From: Paracoccaceae bacterium
GTDB taxonomy: Bacteria > Pseudomonadota > Alphaproteobacteria > Rhodobacterales > Rhodobacteraceae
Direction: 5' to 3'
Length of the DNA: 36,239 bases
NCBI GenBank assembly: GCA_902525995.1
Contig: CABZJG010000001.1
Span: 1-36,239, forward strand
Positions 25,896 through 34,825 of this stretch are shown piece by piece. The position numbers and the translations under genes were made by a program. Position 1 is the stretch's first letter, and each line of letters begins with the position of its first letter. The notes under the pieces are model-generated. The model made no database searches. It saw only the letters and a list, made by a program, of their open reading frames with translations, and was not told the origin of the DNA.

Positions 25896-28868
25896 ATGGG
25901 CACTCTTACAAGTTCTCTGATCGTCCGGCTGGTTGACCAAGTAAGCCGTCCCGCTCGTAGCGTGGCGGCTTCCATTCGAGGAATCAATCACGCGGGCGAA
26001 AACGCTAACCGAGTTCCATTTGGAGAACGCCTAACTCAGGGCATAAACCGCAATAACGCAGCTATAAGAAATGCTCGTGGTGGTCTCGTTGATGCGGCTG
26101 CGGGCTTTTACGCTTTGAGAGCCTCAATAGCGGCTCCTGTTCAATCGGCTATGGCGTTTGAAAGCGTGATGGCAGATGTCAAAAAGGTTGTTAATGATTT
26201 TGCTGATGACGCAAGTGGTGGACCAGAAGCTTTTGCGTCTTTCCAAAAGGGACTAAAAGAGCTTTCCACCCAAGTCCCGCTTTCTGTTCGGGAATTGGGT
26301 GAAATAGCGGCCGCGGCTGGTGAGGCTGGATTTGCAAGTGATCAGCTTCTCAACATGACGGAAACGGCCGCTAAAATTGCGGTCGCTTTCGGGTCGTCAG
26401 CGGCAGAGACCGGCAAAATGCTCGCCGTTATGCAAAAGTCTTACGGAATGTCGTTTGACGAGGCTGTACTGCTCTCTGACGCGATGAACCATTTGTCCAA
26501 CAACATGGCGTCTAACGCTCCTGATTTGATGAACTTCTGGACACGCATTGCCGCAGACGCAAAGCAGGCTGGGTTTTCGCAGGAGCAGGCCGTAGCAATG
26601 GGCTCTGCAATGATTGCGTCTGGGCATGGTGCAGATGTAGCAGCCACATCATTTCGGAATATGGCTAAAGCTCTTGGCCGAGGCGAAAGCGCAACAAAAC
26701 GCCAGCGAAACGCCTACGCTAAGTTGGGCTTTGACGCCAAAACTATTTCGGAAGAAATGCAAACAGACGCTGTAGGAACCACGCGCAAAGTTCTTGCAGC
26801 TACAGCGGAACTGCCCGCAGCAATGAGGAAGTCCGTTTCTAGCGATCTATTTGGAGACGAAGCAAGAGCACTTGGCTCTATCGCAACAAATCTAGACTTT
26901 TTCGACAAGGCGATGGCTTCAATTGCGGATCAAACTGATTACGCAGGCTCTGCTTTCAAAGAGTTTGAGACCCGGGCTGCCACCTTCGGGAACGCCGCCC
27001 AAATCTTCAAGAACCGGATCGAAACCTTAAAGATCGCTATTGGTGCGGCTTTAATCCCCGTGATCAACGATTTGATTGAGCGGATTACACCGGTGATTGC
27101 CAAAATCACAGATTTTGCCAACGCACATCCCGAACTTGTGTCGAACATTATGGCCGCTGTCGCGGCCGTGGTAGCATTCAAGGTTGCAACTGCTGGCCTC
27201 ACATTTGTCGGACTACTTGGTAAAGGCGGCGCTCTTTCAGCGCTGTCTGTAGGATTCAAGGGCATCGGTTTAGCGGCCCGCGGCGTGGGCGCACCATTTA
27301 AATTCGCCAAAGGTGCTTTGGCAAGTTTTGCGACAAAGATCATCGGCACAACCCAGATCGTGATGCTTAGAAACAGGATGATGGTTTCAGCCTTCAAATC
27401 TGGATCAATCGGCATTGGTGGCGCCTTGAAAAGAATGGCCGCGACATCGACCAGAGCTTTGCTGTCACTGCTAAATCCTATTGGAATGGTGAGGTTGGCG
27501 TTTACCGCTTTGAAGGTCGCGATGATTTCTACGGGAATCGGAGCGCTGGTAGTTGGTCTCGCAGTGGCGGGCACTTGGGTTTACAACAATTGGTCTGGCA
27601 TAAAGGCCATGTTTACCGGGATCGGGTACGGGATAAAGCTGGCATTTAAGCCAGCAGCGCCTCTGATCGACAAGATTTCTAGTGCTTTTAGTACCTTGTC
27701 TGATTGGTTTTCCAGTTTAACCGGAACCATCGATATGACCGAAGAGCAATGGCTCGCTCTAGGTATAAGTATCGGAGAAAGCATAGGTAACGCGATCAAT
27801 TCAATGACGGAGAAATTCAACTCTTTCGTCGATTGGATCACAGGTATTCCCAGAAGAATTATGGATGCAATAGGTTCGATTGACCTATCGTCTGTAATTA
27901 AGTGGCCGGAGCCGCCTGATTGGTGGAAAAGTCTGTTCGGGGGAGACGAGCCTGAACCAAATGTGGTGCCTGAACTTACTGCGATGCAGTACGACGGATT
28001 CGGTGATCTGTCGCGCGAGCATAAAGTCGCTGCGGGGTCTCTCGAAAATGCAGGCTACAGCGGAGGATTGCCGACGCCGGACCGTTTGGAGGGCCTGCTC
28101 TCAAATGCAGAAGCACTTCGGGAGAAAATTTCGGGTATTCAATCTGAACTATCCGCTATGGTTCAATCGCCTATGCAGGCCGATATAGCGGCCAGAATGG
28201 AAACACAGCTCAACGCACTTCAAGCAGAGTTGGATGCGACCGAGAGTGAGTTGGCTTTGGCAGAACAGGAGGCCGTCGATCTCACAACGGCGCTGGCAAC
28301 CTTGTCTGAGACAGAGGCCACGCCCGAGATCAGCACCGAGTCTATCGACGAAGCTTTGCAAAAGGTTCGCCGCTTGGCGGCTGAACTGGGCGGCCTTCGG
28401 GGCGGGATCACCAACGTCGACGGCCCTGTCGGAATCGACGGTACCCGCGCAGGCGGGGGCGATGTCCGCGCGGGCGGGACTTATCTCGTGGGCGAGGAAG
28501 GCCCTGAACTGGTCACTTTCGGTCAGCGCGGGTTTGTCCATACTGCTCGCCAGACGATGCGGGCCATGCGGGGCGCTGTCTCGCGGTTCGGGTCTGGCAG
28601 TGAGGACGAATTATCAGGCGCGATCCCCGATCTTGGGGTTCTAGTTCAGCAGGGAGCGCAAGCCGTGGCGCCAACCGCGCAGAGCGCCTTTGCCGGGAAA
28701 GGATCGTCCTCTGAGGGAGTGACGCTCAAAATCGACGGGCCCCTAACTGGACCAATCACGATTGCGAGCAACCAAAACCCCCTCGATGTCGTCGAGGAAA
28801 TCGGAGAGGCCCTTGAATTGAAACTGTCTCGCATGTTGCGGGGCCTTCATTCGGATGGGATGGCATAA
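25896..28868 (+). CDS. Tail tape measure protein (TP901-like core)
   Basis: ~990 aa, Ala-rich; AMAFESVMADVKKVV, DAMNHLSNN, LFG.EA, C-terminal RAGGG.V..G..YLVGEEGPEL. Confidence 0.93.
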   Translation: MGTLTSSLIVRLVDQVSRPARSVAASIRGINHAGENANRVPFGERLTQGINRNNAAIRNARGGLVDAAAGFYALRASIAAPVQSAMAFESVMADVKKVVNDFADDASGGPEAFASFQKGLKELSTQVPLSVRELGEIAAAAGEAGFASDQLLNMTETAAKIAVAFGSSAAETGKMLAVMQKSYGMSFDEAVLLSDAMNHLSNNMASNAPDLMNFWTRIAADAKQAGFSQEQAVAMGSAMIASGHGADVAATSFRNMAKALGRGESATKRQRNAYAKLGFDAKTISEEMQTDAVGTTRKVLAATAELPAAMRKSVSSDLFGDEARALGSIATNLDFFDKAMASIADQTDYAGSAFKEFETRAATFGNAAQIFKNRIETLKIAIGAALIPVINDLIERITPVIAKITDFANAHPELVSNIMAAVAAVVAFKVATAGLTFVGLLGKGGALSALSVGFKGIGLAARGVGAPFKFAKGALASFATKIIGTTQIVMLRNRMMVSAFKSGSIGIGGALKRMAATSTRALLSLLNPIGMVRLAFTALKVAMISTGIGALVVGLAVAGTWVYNNWSGIKAMFTGIGYGIKLAFKPAAPLIDKISSAFSTLSDWFSSLTGTIDMTEEQWLALGISIGESIGNAINSMTEKFNSFVDWITGIPRRIMDAIGSIDLSSVIKWPEPPDWWKSLFGGDEPEPNVVPELTAMQYDGFGDLSREHKVAAGSLENAGYSGGLPTPDRLEGLLSNAEALREKISGIQSELSAMVQSPMQADIAARMETQLNALQAELDATESELALAEQEAVDLTTALATLSETEATPEISTESIDEALQKVRRLAAELGGLRGGITNVDGPVGIDGTRAGGGDVRAGGTYLVGEEGPELVTFGQRGFVHTARQTMRAMRGAVSRFGSGSEDELSGAIPDLGVLVQQGAQAVAPTAQSAFAGKGSSSEGVTLKIDGPLTGPITIASNQNPLDVVEEIGEALELKLSRMLRGLHSDGMA

Positions 28869-29290
28869 TGCTTTATCAGCTAGGCGTTCTTTCGATTAAG
28901 GTTCAGCCGTTCAACGTGAACAAGGTCCAATCCGATGCGTTCACGGACTACGTGGCAAAGCCCGTTCTCGGGGTGGAGCCGCCTATGGAGTATGTCGGCG
29001 AGGGAGCCCACACTTGGCGTCTCTCCGGCGATCTCTTTCCCAAGGTAATCGGGGGCCTTTCGGAATTGTCCTTGCTCCACGCAATGCGCGAAAGCGGGCG
29101 ACCCCAGTTTCTCTTGCGAGGCGATGGCACCCCTCTTGGGTGGGTCGTCATCGAAAAGGTTGGGGCTCGCGAGGCGCATCTGGGCGGCGATGGGGTCGGC
29201 CAGAAAATCACCGTAGACATCGAATTGAGGCGGGCCGGTCGGCCGAACCGGCTGTCTCTGTTCTCGATCCTGCTGGGGATTTTCACATGA
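28868..29290 (+). CDS. Tail protein, P2 gpU-like
   Basis: MLYQLG...EYVGEG...LSG.LFP...LLRGDG..LGWVVIE. Confidence 0.9.
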   Translation: MLYQLGVLSIKVQPFNVNKVQSDAFTDYVAKPVLGVEPPMEYVGEGAHTWRLSGDLFPKVIGGLSELSLLHAMRESGRPQFLLRGDGTPLGWVVIEKVGAREAHLGGDGVGQKITVDIELRRAGRPNRLSLFSILLGIFT

Positions 29291-29517
29291 CCGAAACTAT
29301 CGAGAAAATCGAAGTCACGGGCGCGGGGCTTACCGCCTCGCGCCTGATTTGGAACCGCTTTCGAGCGGCGTCCCCGGAGACGCTTGGTCGCCTCTATGAT
29401 TTGAACCCGAGGCTGGCGGGGTTCGGAACACATATTCCGGTCGGAACCGTTGTTTTGATGCCGATCCCCGACACCTCTGACGACAAGATCGTGGAGCAAA
29501 TCACGCTTTGGAGTTGA
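29287..29517 (+). CDS. Tail protein X (P2 gpX-like)
   Basis: LIW...LYDLNPRLA...IPVGTVVLMP...ITLWS. Confidence 0.85.
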   Translation: MTETIEKIEVTGAGLTASRLIWNRFRAASPETLGRLYDLNPRLAGFGTHIPVGTVVLMPIPDTSDDKIVEQITLWS

Positions 29518-29520
29518 CCG

Positions 29521-30525
29521 ATGAAAAATCAGGGTGTCTGCGTTGTTTTCGTCGAAGGTATCAGCATTATGCTGGCCCTTCGTTCAGTTTTACAATCTGT
29601 ATCTGTATCCGATAGAGCGGGAACGACATCGGACAGCGCCATCATCATTTTAGACGACGCAGGCGGGCGCATTGTTTTCCCTCGGCACAACGCAAAAATA
29701 ACTATTTATATGGGATTTCGAGCGACTGGAGTTTCCCTCGTGTTCTCGGGAACCGTTGACGAGGTTAAGAGCAGCGGTGGCCGAGGTGGAACGAACATCG
29801 AAATCTCGGCAAAAGGGCTGGACACTAGCGGCAAAATCAAAGAGCCGCAGCAACGCCATTTCGACGATATGACGGTCGAGGACATACTCAAGGCTGCCGG
29901 AGAAAGCGCAGGGATCACCGACATTCGGGTCGATGCCGATCTAGCCTCAATCGTTCGAGACTACGAACACATGGACGACGAAAGTTTCGTCGCCTTCGGC
30001 GAGCGTCTTGCCAAGGAAATCGGCGGAACTTTCAAGGTCCGCAACAACGCGGCCGTTATGGCCAAAAAGAACAGCGGGCGCACGCCTAGCGGCGTGCCGC
30101 TCCCCCCTGTTTTCGCCGTTCGTGGCGAGAACCTGCATACTTGGGATGTCGCGCCCTACATCGGCCGCGGCCGCTACAAGCAGATCAGGGTCCGGTTCTA
30201 TGACCGAAAGGCCGCCAAGCACGACGAAATTGTTGTTGACACTGGCCTTGAGGGAAGCACAGCGATTGACGTGGGCCGTTTTGAGGCTCGCGATAAGAAA
30301 ACGGCCGAAGAGAAAGCAAACAGCCTCAAGGCGGAAAGTGAACGCGGGTCTGGGGTTGGGTCACTTTCTATCGAGGGCAACGTCGGTGCTCAGCCCGAGG
30401 CCACCTGCCTAATCGCAGGCGCACGCCTCGGCATTGATGGCGCCTATGTTATCGACGGAGTGGATCACTCGTATTCCCGCGGCTCAGGCTTCGTTACAAA
30501 ACTGGCTTTGGCCTATCCCGCTTAG
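29521..30525 (+). CDS. Baseplate hub / late control protein, P2 gpD-like
   Basis: VSDRAG..SD...LDD, GTVDEV, ESFVAFGERLA, DGAYVIDGVDHSYS..GFVT. Confidence 0.9.
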   Translation: MKNQGVCVVFVEGISIMLALRSVLQSVSVSDRAGTTSDSAIIILDDAGGRIVFPRHNAKITIYMGFRATGVSLVFSGTVDEVKSSGGRGGTNIEISAKGLDTSGKIKEPQQRHFDDMTVEDILKAAGESAGITDIRVDADLASIVRDYEHMDDESFVAFGERLAKEIGGTFKVRNNAAVMAKKNSGRTPSGVPLPPVFAVRGENLHTWDVAPYIGRGRYKQIRVRFYDRKAAKHDEIVVDTGLEGSTAIDVGRFEARDKKTAEEKANSLKAESERGSGVGSLSIEGNVGAQPEATCLIAGARLGIDGAYVIDGVDHSYSRGSGFVTKLALAYPA

Positions 30526-30535
30526 GAGGAAGAAA

Positions 30536-30814
30536 ATGGCAAGAAATGAAACAGTTATCTTGGTTCCCAATCAATGGACCGAGATTACAAATTCGGATGT
30601 GACAAAGATCACCTTCGTAAACCAGAGTAATTTCAAAATTTTGGTCACTGCAACGGATGGACCAATTCCGAACAAAAATTCGGGGATGATTTTTGCGTCA
30701 AACGAAGGTGTTGCTTCGGTCGAGTTAGCTATTCTTTTCCCAGGCGCTAACAATCCCAAAAGGGTGTGGTGTTTGGGCGAAAGCACACAAGAGGTCTTTG
30801 TTTCTCATGCCTAA
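30536..30814 (+). CDS. Small beta-rich phage protein
   Basis: ATG behind aggagg; 92 aa; overlaps the next gene. Confidence 0.7.
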   Translation: MARNETVILVPNQWTEITNSDVTKITFVNQSNFKILVTATDGPIPNKNSGMIFASNEGVASVELAILFPGANNPKRVWCLGESTQEVFVSHA

Positions 30815-31298
30815 CTTCAAAATGACTGGTCCTACGTATTCTTCGGAAAACCAAAATGGTGAAAGTGCCAAGCCAAGCGTTTCCGTGATCAACAATTCAC
30901 CGCGCATCACCATCAATGCCAATGATCCTGTTGTGATCTTGACTGCCGATATTGAATTGCAAGAGGCATCCAAGCTTCTTATCTCGGGCGTGATCAATGG
31001 CACATTTTACTATGTGTGCGGGATCGCGGCCTATGTCGATGGCACGCCCATTAACTTGGGCACTGGTGCCAACAAATGTCATGCTGATTGTTTTCAAGTG
31101 ATGTACGGAAATGGCAACAATGGGTGGATGTCACCCTGTGCTTATGAAACCGTTTCCCCTGTCCTTGATACTGGCAACCACAAGGTTGAGATCGGTGTGA
31201 TCGGGCAATGGGCGGGCACCAAAAGCACCATGTATATCAACAACCCTAGCAACTATAACATGGCAAGCAGCTCAAGTCTTATCGTGAGGGCACTCTAA
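30807..31298 (+). CDS. Hypothetical beta-sandwich protein, possible fibre/adhesin domain
   Basis: 163 aa, AT-rich, Gly/Asn/Ser-rich, ends SSLIVRAL; coupled to both neighbours. Confidence 0.6.
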   Translation: MPNFKMTGPTYSSENQNGESAKPSVSVINNSPRITINANDPVVILTADIELQEASKLLISGVINGTFYYVCGIAAYVDGTPINLGTGANKCHADCFQVMYGNGNNGWMSPCAYETVSPVLDTGNHKVEIGVIGQWAGTKSTMYINNPSNYNMASSSSLIVRAL

Positions 31299-31549
31299 TG
31301 GATCAAATTGAACGTGATATGCTTTTGTCAGAGGGCAAAATCGTTGGGGATTTCTGGTTTAACGAAAAGACATTCCATAGCTTCATGACTTTGGTGACAT
31401 TCGCTCAGGTTAATCAGGTTCCTCATGTGAATTGGCCAAACAAGATGCGCCAATGGGTGCAAATCCCTACACCACAAGCGGTGCAAATGTGCGTGCAAAT
31501 CGTCGCTGAATTGCAATCAATTTACCAAGCCGCTCAAAAGGAAATTTAA
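31298..31549 (+). CDS. Hypothetical protein, DUF4376-like fibre-associated
   Basis: VNW...WVQI...helical tail; TAATG overlap. Confidence 0.5.
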   Translation: MDQIERDMLLSEGKIVGDFWFNEKTFHSFMTLVTFAQVNQVPHVNWPNKMRQWVQIPTPQAVQMCVQIVAELQSIYQAAQKEI

Positions 31550-31551
31550 TA

Positions 31552-31959
31552 ATGATCAGCAGAGTTGTTGATGCCGGGGTGCAGGCAGTGTCTTGGCAGG
31601 CCCCGGTTTTGTTTGTTCAGGCGGCAACGACCGCCGTAGCCGCCGCAGCGCCCGATGTTCCGGGCGTGGCAATGCTGGCCGAGGTCCGCGACGAGCTTGC
31701 TATCCTTGCCTTCAGCGGTGTGGCCGGGGCCTTCACTAAGGCCGTGATGTTCCCGCAGTCAGGATGGCGCAAGCGGGCCATGTATGGGCTGTCGAGCGCA
31801 ATCTCCGCCGTGTTCCTTGGCGGGGTGGTCGGTGCAATCGCTGTCAAGCTGGGCGCACCTGAGGTCTACGCCTTCCTCGCAGCCGGTTTTCTGACCGGGT
31901 TCGCAGGCAAGGAAGGCATCGCTGCAATGCAGGAGAAAGTCATGGGGAAGTCGCAATGA
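31552..31959 (+). CDS. Membrane protein, putative holin-like
   Basis: Several Gly/Ala-rich hydrophobic helices; upstream of the endolysin. Confidence 0.6.
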   Translation: MISRVVDAGVQAVSWQAPVLFVQAATTAVAAAAPDVPGVAMLAEVRDELAILAFSGVAGAFTKAVMFPQSGWRKRAMYGLSSAISAVFLGGVVGAIAVKLGAPEVYAFLAAGFLTGFAGKEGIAAMQEKVMGKSQ

Positions 31960-32222
31960 TTGGCAATCTGATCGTCGGAACAGCACTGATTTGCATCGTG
32001 CTTTGCTCGTGGCATCTGGCTCAGCAGAATGTCCTTGGCAAAGAACCGTTCGCCAAGCTGATCGGCCTCACTTATGGCGTAATGTCGATGGGCGCTGTGG
32101 CATGGCTGTTTGCCCCCATGCTGCCCTTTGAGGACATTGGTGTTCCTCTGTTTGCCGGAGGGTTGGCCGTAAACTTGCTGTTCATCTCACTCCGCCTGCA
32201 CCGGCTTTACGAACACTCTTAA
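31956..32222 (+). CDS. Small three-TM membrane protein
   Basis: Three hydrophobic segments; ATGA overlap. Confidence 0.65.
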   Translation: MIGNLIVGTALICIVLCSWHLAQQNVLGKEPFAKLIGLTYGVMSMGAVAWLFAPMLPFEDIGVPLFAGGLAVNLLFISLRLHRLYEHS

Positions 32223-32245
32223 CCCAAAATTCATCTGCCTATCCC

Positions 32246-32268
32246 GCCCGCCTCTGAGCGGGCTTTTT
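32246..32268 (+). terminator. Terminator-like hairpin before the endolysin
   Basis: gcccgc-ctctga-gcgggc followed by ttttt. Confidence 0.55.
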
Positions 32269-32285
32269 GCTTTGGAGGAACGGCC

Positions 32286-33080
32286 ATGAGAAAACGTGAC
32301 GTTCAAATGCTGCTCGCTCAGGCGGGCCTATACAACGGCGGCATCGAAGGAATCGACGGCCCTCAAACCCCCAGGGCGGTTGACACCGCGCTGGGTGGGG
32401 TCGGTGCCCGATGGTCCAAGAAACGCCGCCTGATTGGTGCTGCGCAGAAAATCTTGAACGACCTCGGGTTCGAGGCCGGAACGGTTGACGGCTATGCCGG
32501 TCACAACACCAAGGAAGCGCTCGCCGGGTGGCACTATGAGAGAGTTCATGGTCGCCGCGAGGAAGTGGACCGCACCGCGTCCAGCCATTACCTCGGCAAA
32601 TCCTCCCCGCTACCTTTCCAACGTGACGTGGAAACCTTCTATGGCCGTCCCGGGGATCAGATCAAATACCGACTGGCACGTGTCGAATTGCCGTTCAAGC
32701 TGCGGATCGACTACAACCTGCGCCAGTCTGTGAGCCGCTTGACAGTTCACGAGAAATGCGCTCAGCCCCTCGAAAACGCGCTGATCGCCGTCCACAAGCA
32801 CTACGGCATGGAGCGGATGCGTTCGCTGGGCATCGACCGCTACGCCGGCGGATACAACCATCGCCGGATGCGTGGCGGATCGAAATGGTCGATGCACGCC
32901 TATGGCTGCGCCGTTGACTTCTACGCGGCCCCGAATGGCTTGCGGATGAAATGTCCCGAGGCGTTGTTCTGCGGTCCTGAATATCGTGACTTCCTCGACA
33001 TCATGGAAGATCACGGATGGCTACCCGCGATCCGCCTGTGGGGCAAGGACGCGATGCACTTCCAAATGGCGAGGCTGTGA
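32286..33080 (+). CDS. Endolysin: peptidoglycan-binding repeats plus M15-family peptidase
   Basis: VQMLLAQAGLY.G.I.G..GP.T and AQKILNDLGF..G.VDG..G..T; YNHRRMRG..WSMHAYGCAVD...DAMHFQ. Confidence 0.92.
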   Translation: MRKRDVQMLLAQAGLYNGGIEGIDGPQTPRAVDTALGGVGARWSKKRRLIGAAQKILNDLGFEAGTVDGYAGHNTKEALAGWHYERVHGRREEVDRTASSHYLGKSSPLPFQRDVETFYGRPGDQIKYRLARVELPFKLRIDYNLRQSVSRLTVHEKCAQPLENALIAVHKHYGMERMRSLGIDRYAGGYNHRRMRGGSKWSMHAYGCAVDFYAAPNGLRMKCPEALFCGPEYRDFLDIMEDHGWLPAIRLWGKDAMHFQMARL

Positions 33081-33082
33081 CC

Positions 33083-33364
33083 ATGCTCCGACTGCTCAGA
33101 AAATGGGTGCTCGGCGGCAACTCCGACAAACGCGAGGGCGCTTGGTTCATCTTCATTGTGGTGAACGTGATCTTGTTCTTCGCCGTTTGGAAGGAAAGCA
33201 CCGGGGTAGATATGCCCCAGACATGGGCGTTCCTGATTATCGCTTGGCCTGCAACGGTCACCGCTGTGATCGGCGTCCATGTTCAACATTTCCACGCACA
33301 GGCACAGGCCGGCCGCGCCCGAGCCGAGATGGAAGGTGATTACGATGATCTCATTGGCGGGTAG
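33083..33364 (+). CDS. Two-TM membrane protein, putative holin
   Basis: Two hydrophobic helices; between endolysin and spanin genes. Confidence 0.6.
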   Translation: MLRLLRKWVLGGNSDKREGAWFIFIVVNVILFFAVWKESTGVDMPQTWAFLIIAWPATVTAVIGVHVQHFHAQAQAGRARAEMEGDYDDLIGG

Positions 33365-33722
33365 CATATTCACCAAGTTTCTCTTTCGGAACCGAACCAC
33401 GAGCGTCATCAGCGCATTCATTATTGCCGCTTTGGCGCTGTTCACCTGGCATCAGATCGACAAGCGCAGCGCCGTTCGCCAAGCGGTGATCGAGTATGTT
33501 GCTGATACCGAGATCAAGGTGCTGCAAGACCAGATCAAAGAAGCCAACCGCCGTGCGGCCATTGCCTCCGAGGCGCAAGCGCGTCTCGAAGAGCGCCTTC
33601 AAGTCGCAGAAGGCGAGGCACGCCGCATTGCCCGAGAAATCGAACAGTATGAGGCCGAAAATGAGATCAATCCTGATAGTGTTGTCGATAGCGGCCTTTT
33701 GCTCCGGCTGCGCGGGAATTGA
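33345..33722 (+). CDS. Inner-membrane spanin (Rz-like)
   Basis: N-terminal TM helix followed by a coiled coil. Confidence 0.7.
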   Translation: MISLAGSIFTKFLFRNRTTSVISAFIIAALALFTWHQIDKRSAVRQAVIEYVADTEIKVLQDQIKEANRRAAIASEAQARLEERLQVAEGEARRIAREIEQYEAENEINPDSVVDSGLLLRLRGN

Positions 33723-33972
33723 CCAGCGGCTTGAACAAGCTGCCGAAACCCAAGGCCAGCTTGAAGCCACCCGCACGCTTCCCGATCTGCCCGCTCAATG
33801 TCGGCGCCTGATCCGCAGCGGCGTGCAGACCGGAGACCGCTTGGACACGGCCTTGCTCAAAACCGATGCGGCACTCGCCCGACAACATGAACTCACGCGG
33901 CTCTGTGCCGCTTGGTATGACGAACTGCGCGAAGGTTTCGCCAACGACGAGACGCCTCCGGGCCCGTCCTAG
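33661..33972 (+). CDS. Outer-membrane lipoprotein spanin (Rz1-like)
   Basis: MRSILIVLSIAAFCSG-C lipoprotein signal; overlaps the i-spanin 3' end; LPDLPAQC...CAAWY. Confidence 0.72.
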   Translation: MRSILIVLSIAAFCSGCAGIDQRLEQAAETQGQLEATRTLPDLPAQCRRLIRSGVQTGDRLDTALLKTDAALARQHELTRLCAAWYDELREGFANDETPPGPS

Positions 33973-34066
33973 AACAGCGTGGATCGCGGCTGGTGTGGCT
34001 GCTTGATCCCGCTGCTAGGGGCGTGGTCCGCGCAGGCAGAGGCGCGTTGACAGACACCCCCTAGAT

Positions 34067-34102
34067 GCCCCCTCAGCCCGTTTGGGTTGAGGGGGCTTTT
34101 TT
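34067..34102 (+). terminator. Intrinsic terminator ending the late operon
   Basis: gccccctcagccc-gttt-gggttgagggggc stem followed by tttttt. Confidence 0.85.
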
Positions 34103-34126
34103 CGTTTGGGGGTGATGGTGAATAAC

Positions 34127-34399
34127 TCAGCGGGTTTTGTCTTGTGCTGAGCGTTGTCCAGCTTGGAAGGCTTGCTCTAGCGCCCGAGAAACCTCGCCTG
34201 CGGTATTGGACGAAAACCCATATTTTGAACGCTCGTTACGGCCAGAGATCAGGATTCGCGCGAACTCTTTGAAAATCTGGTTTCGAGCTTCACGGTCTGC
34301 CCGCTCTAAGGGGGCCGAGGTAGTCAACAACGAGCACTCTTTCAAAGAAACCGTCCGCAGTCGCTGATAAAGCGGGTGATCCTGCATCCTGCCCATCAT
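34127..34399 (-). CDS. Hypothetical protein downstream of hicB
   Basis: 90 aa; starts 9 nt after the hicB stop with aggag RBS. Confidence 0.6.
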   Translation of the reverse strand: MMGRMQDHPLYQRLRTVSLKECSLLTTSAPLERADREARNQIFKEFARILISGRNERSKYGFSSNTAGEVSRALEQAFQAGQRSAQDKTR

Positions 34400-34407
34400 C
34401 GCTCCTC

Positions 34408-34815
34408 CTACCAGCTACCGGCGATCTCTTTGCGAGCGGCACTTGCCAAAAAGGCCGAGCGGTTCATCCCACGCGATTTGGCCGCATCGTCAATGGCCTC
34501 CAACAACCCCGGGTCAATCGAGATGTTGACACGTTTGGGTGACCCCATATCCGAGATCAAAGGCACATAAGCCAAAGTTGCGCCGTCCCGCCATTCAGCA
34601 AGGTCAGGGTCGGTCTCGATCTGCTGGGTGTCTCGTGGCTCTGGAATAGTCTCACCATCTTCCGACATTCCCTCAACATGGAAGGCCAGCGCCTCACGGG
34701 CCAGACGCAGCGCGTCGTCAATCGTATCCCCTTGGGTTACGCAACCGGGGAAGTCCGGGAAGCTGACGCCAAAGCCCGGAGTGTCATCAGTGTGGACAAA
34801 CGCAACGTAGTGCAT
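34408..34815 (-). CDS. hicB: HicB antitoxin with C-terminal ribbon-helix-helix domain
   Basis: FGVSFPDFPGCVTQGDT..A...AREAL...RVNISIDPGLLEAID..A...NRSAFL; own RBS aaggagg. Confidence 0.93.
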   Translation of the reverse strand: MHYVAFVHTDDTPGFGVSFPDFPGCVTQGDTIDDALRLAREALAFHVEGMSEDGETIPEPRDTQQIETDPDLAEWRDGATLAYVPLISDMGSPKRVNISIDPGLLEAIDDAAKSRGMNRSAFLASAARKEIAGSW

Positions 34816-34825
34816 GATGGCCTCC

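Noticed and set aside
17982-30525. Stand-alone T6SS, eCIS or tailocin
   Set aside because: The PAAR, baseplate and sheath genes are contiguous with a full head and terminase module; no TssJLM, ClpV or Afp15-type ATPase
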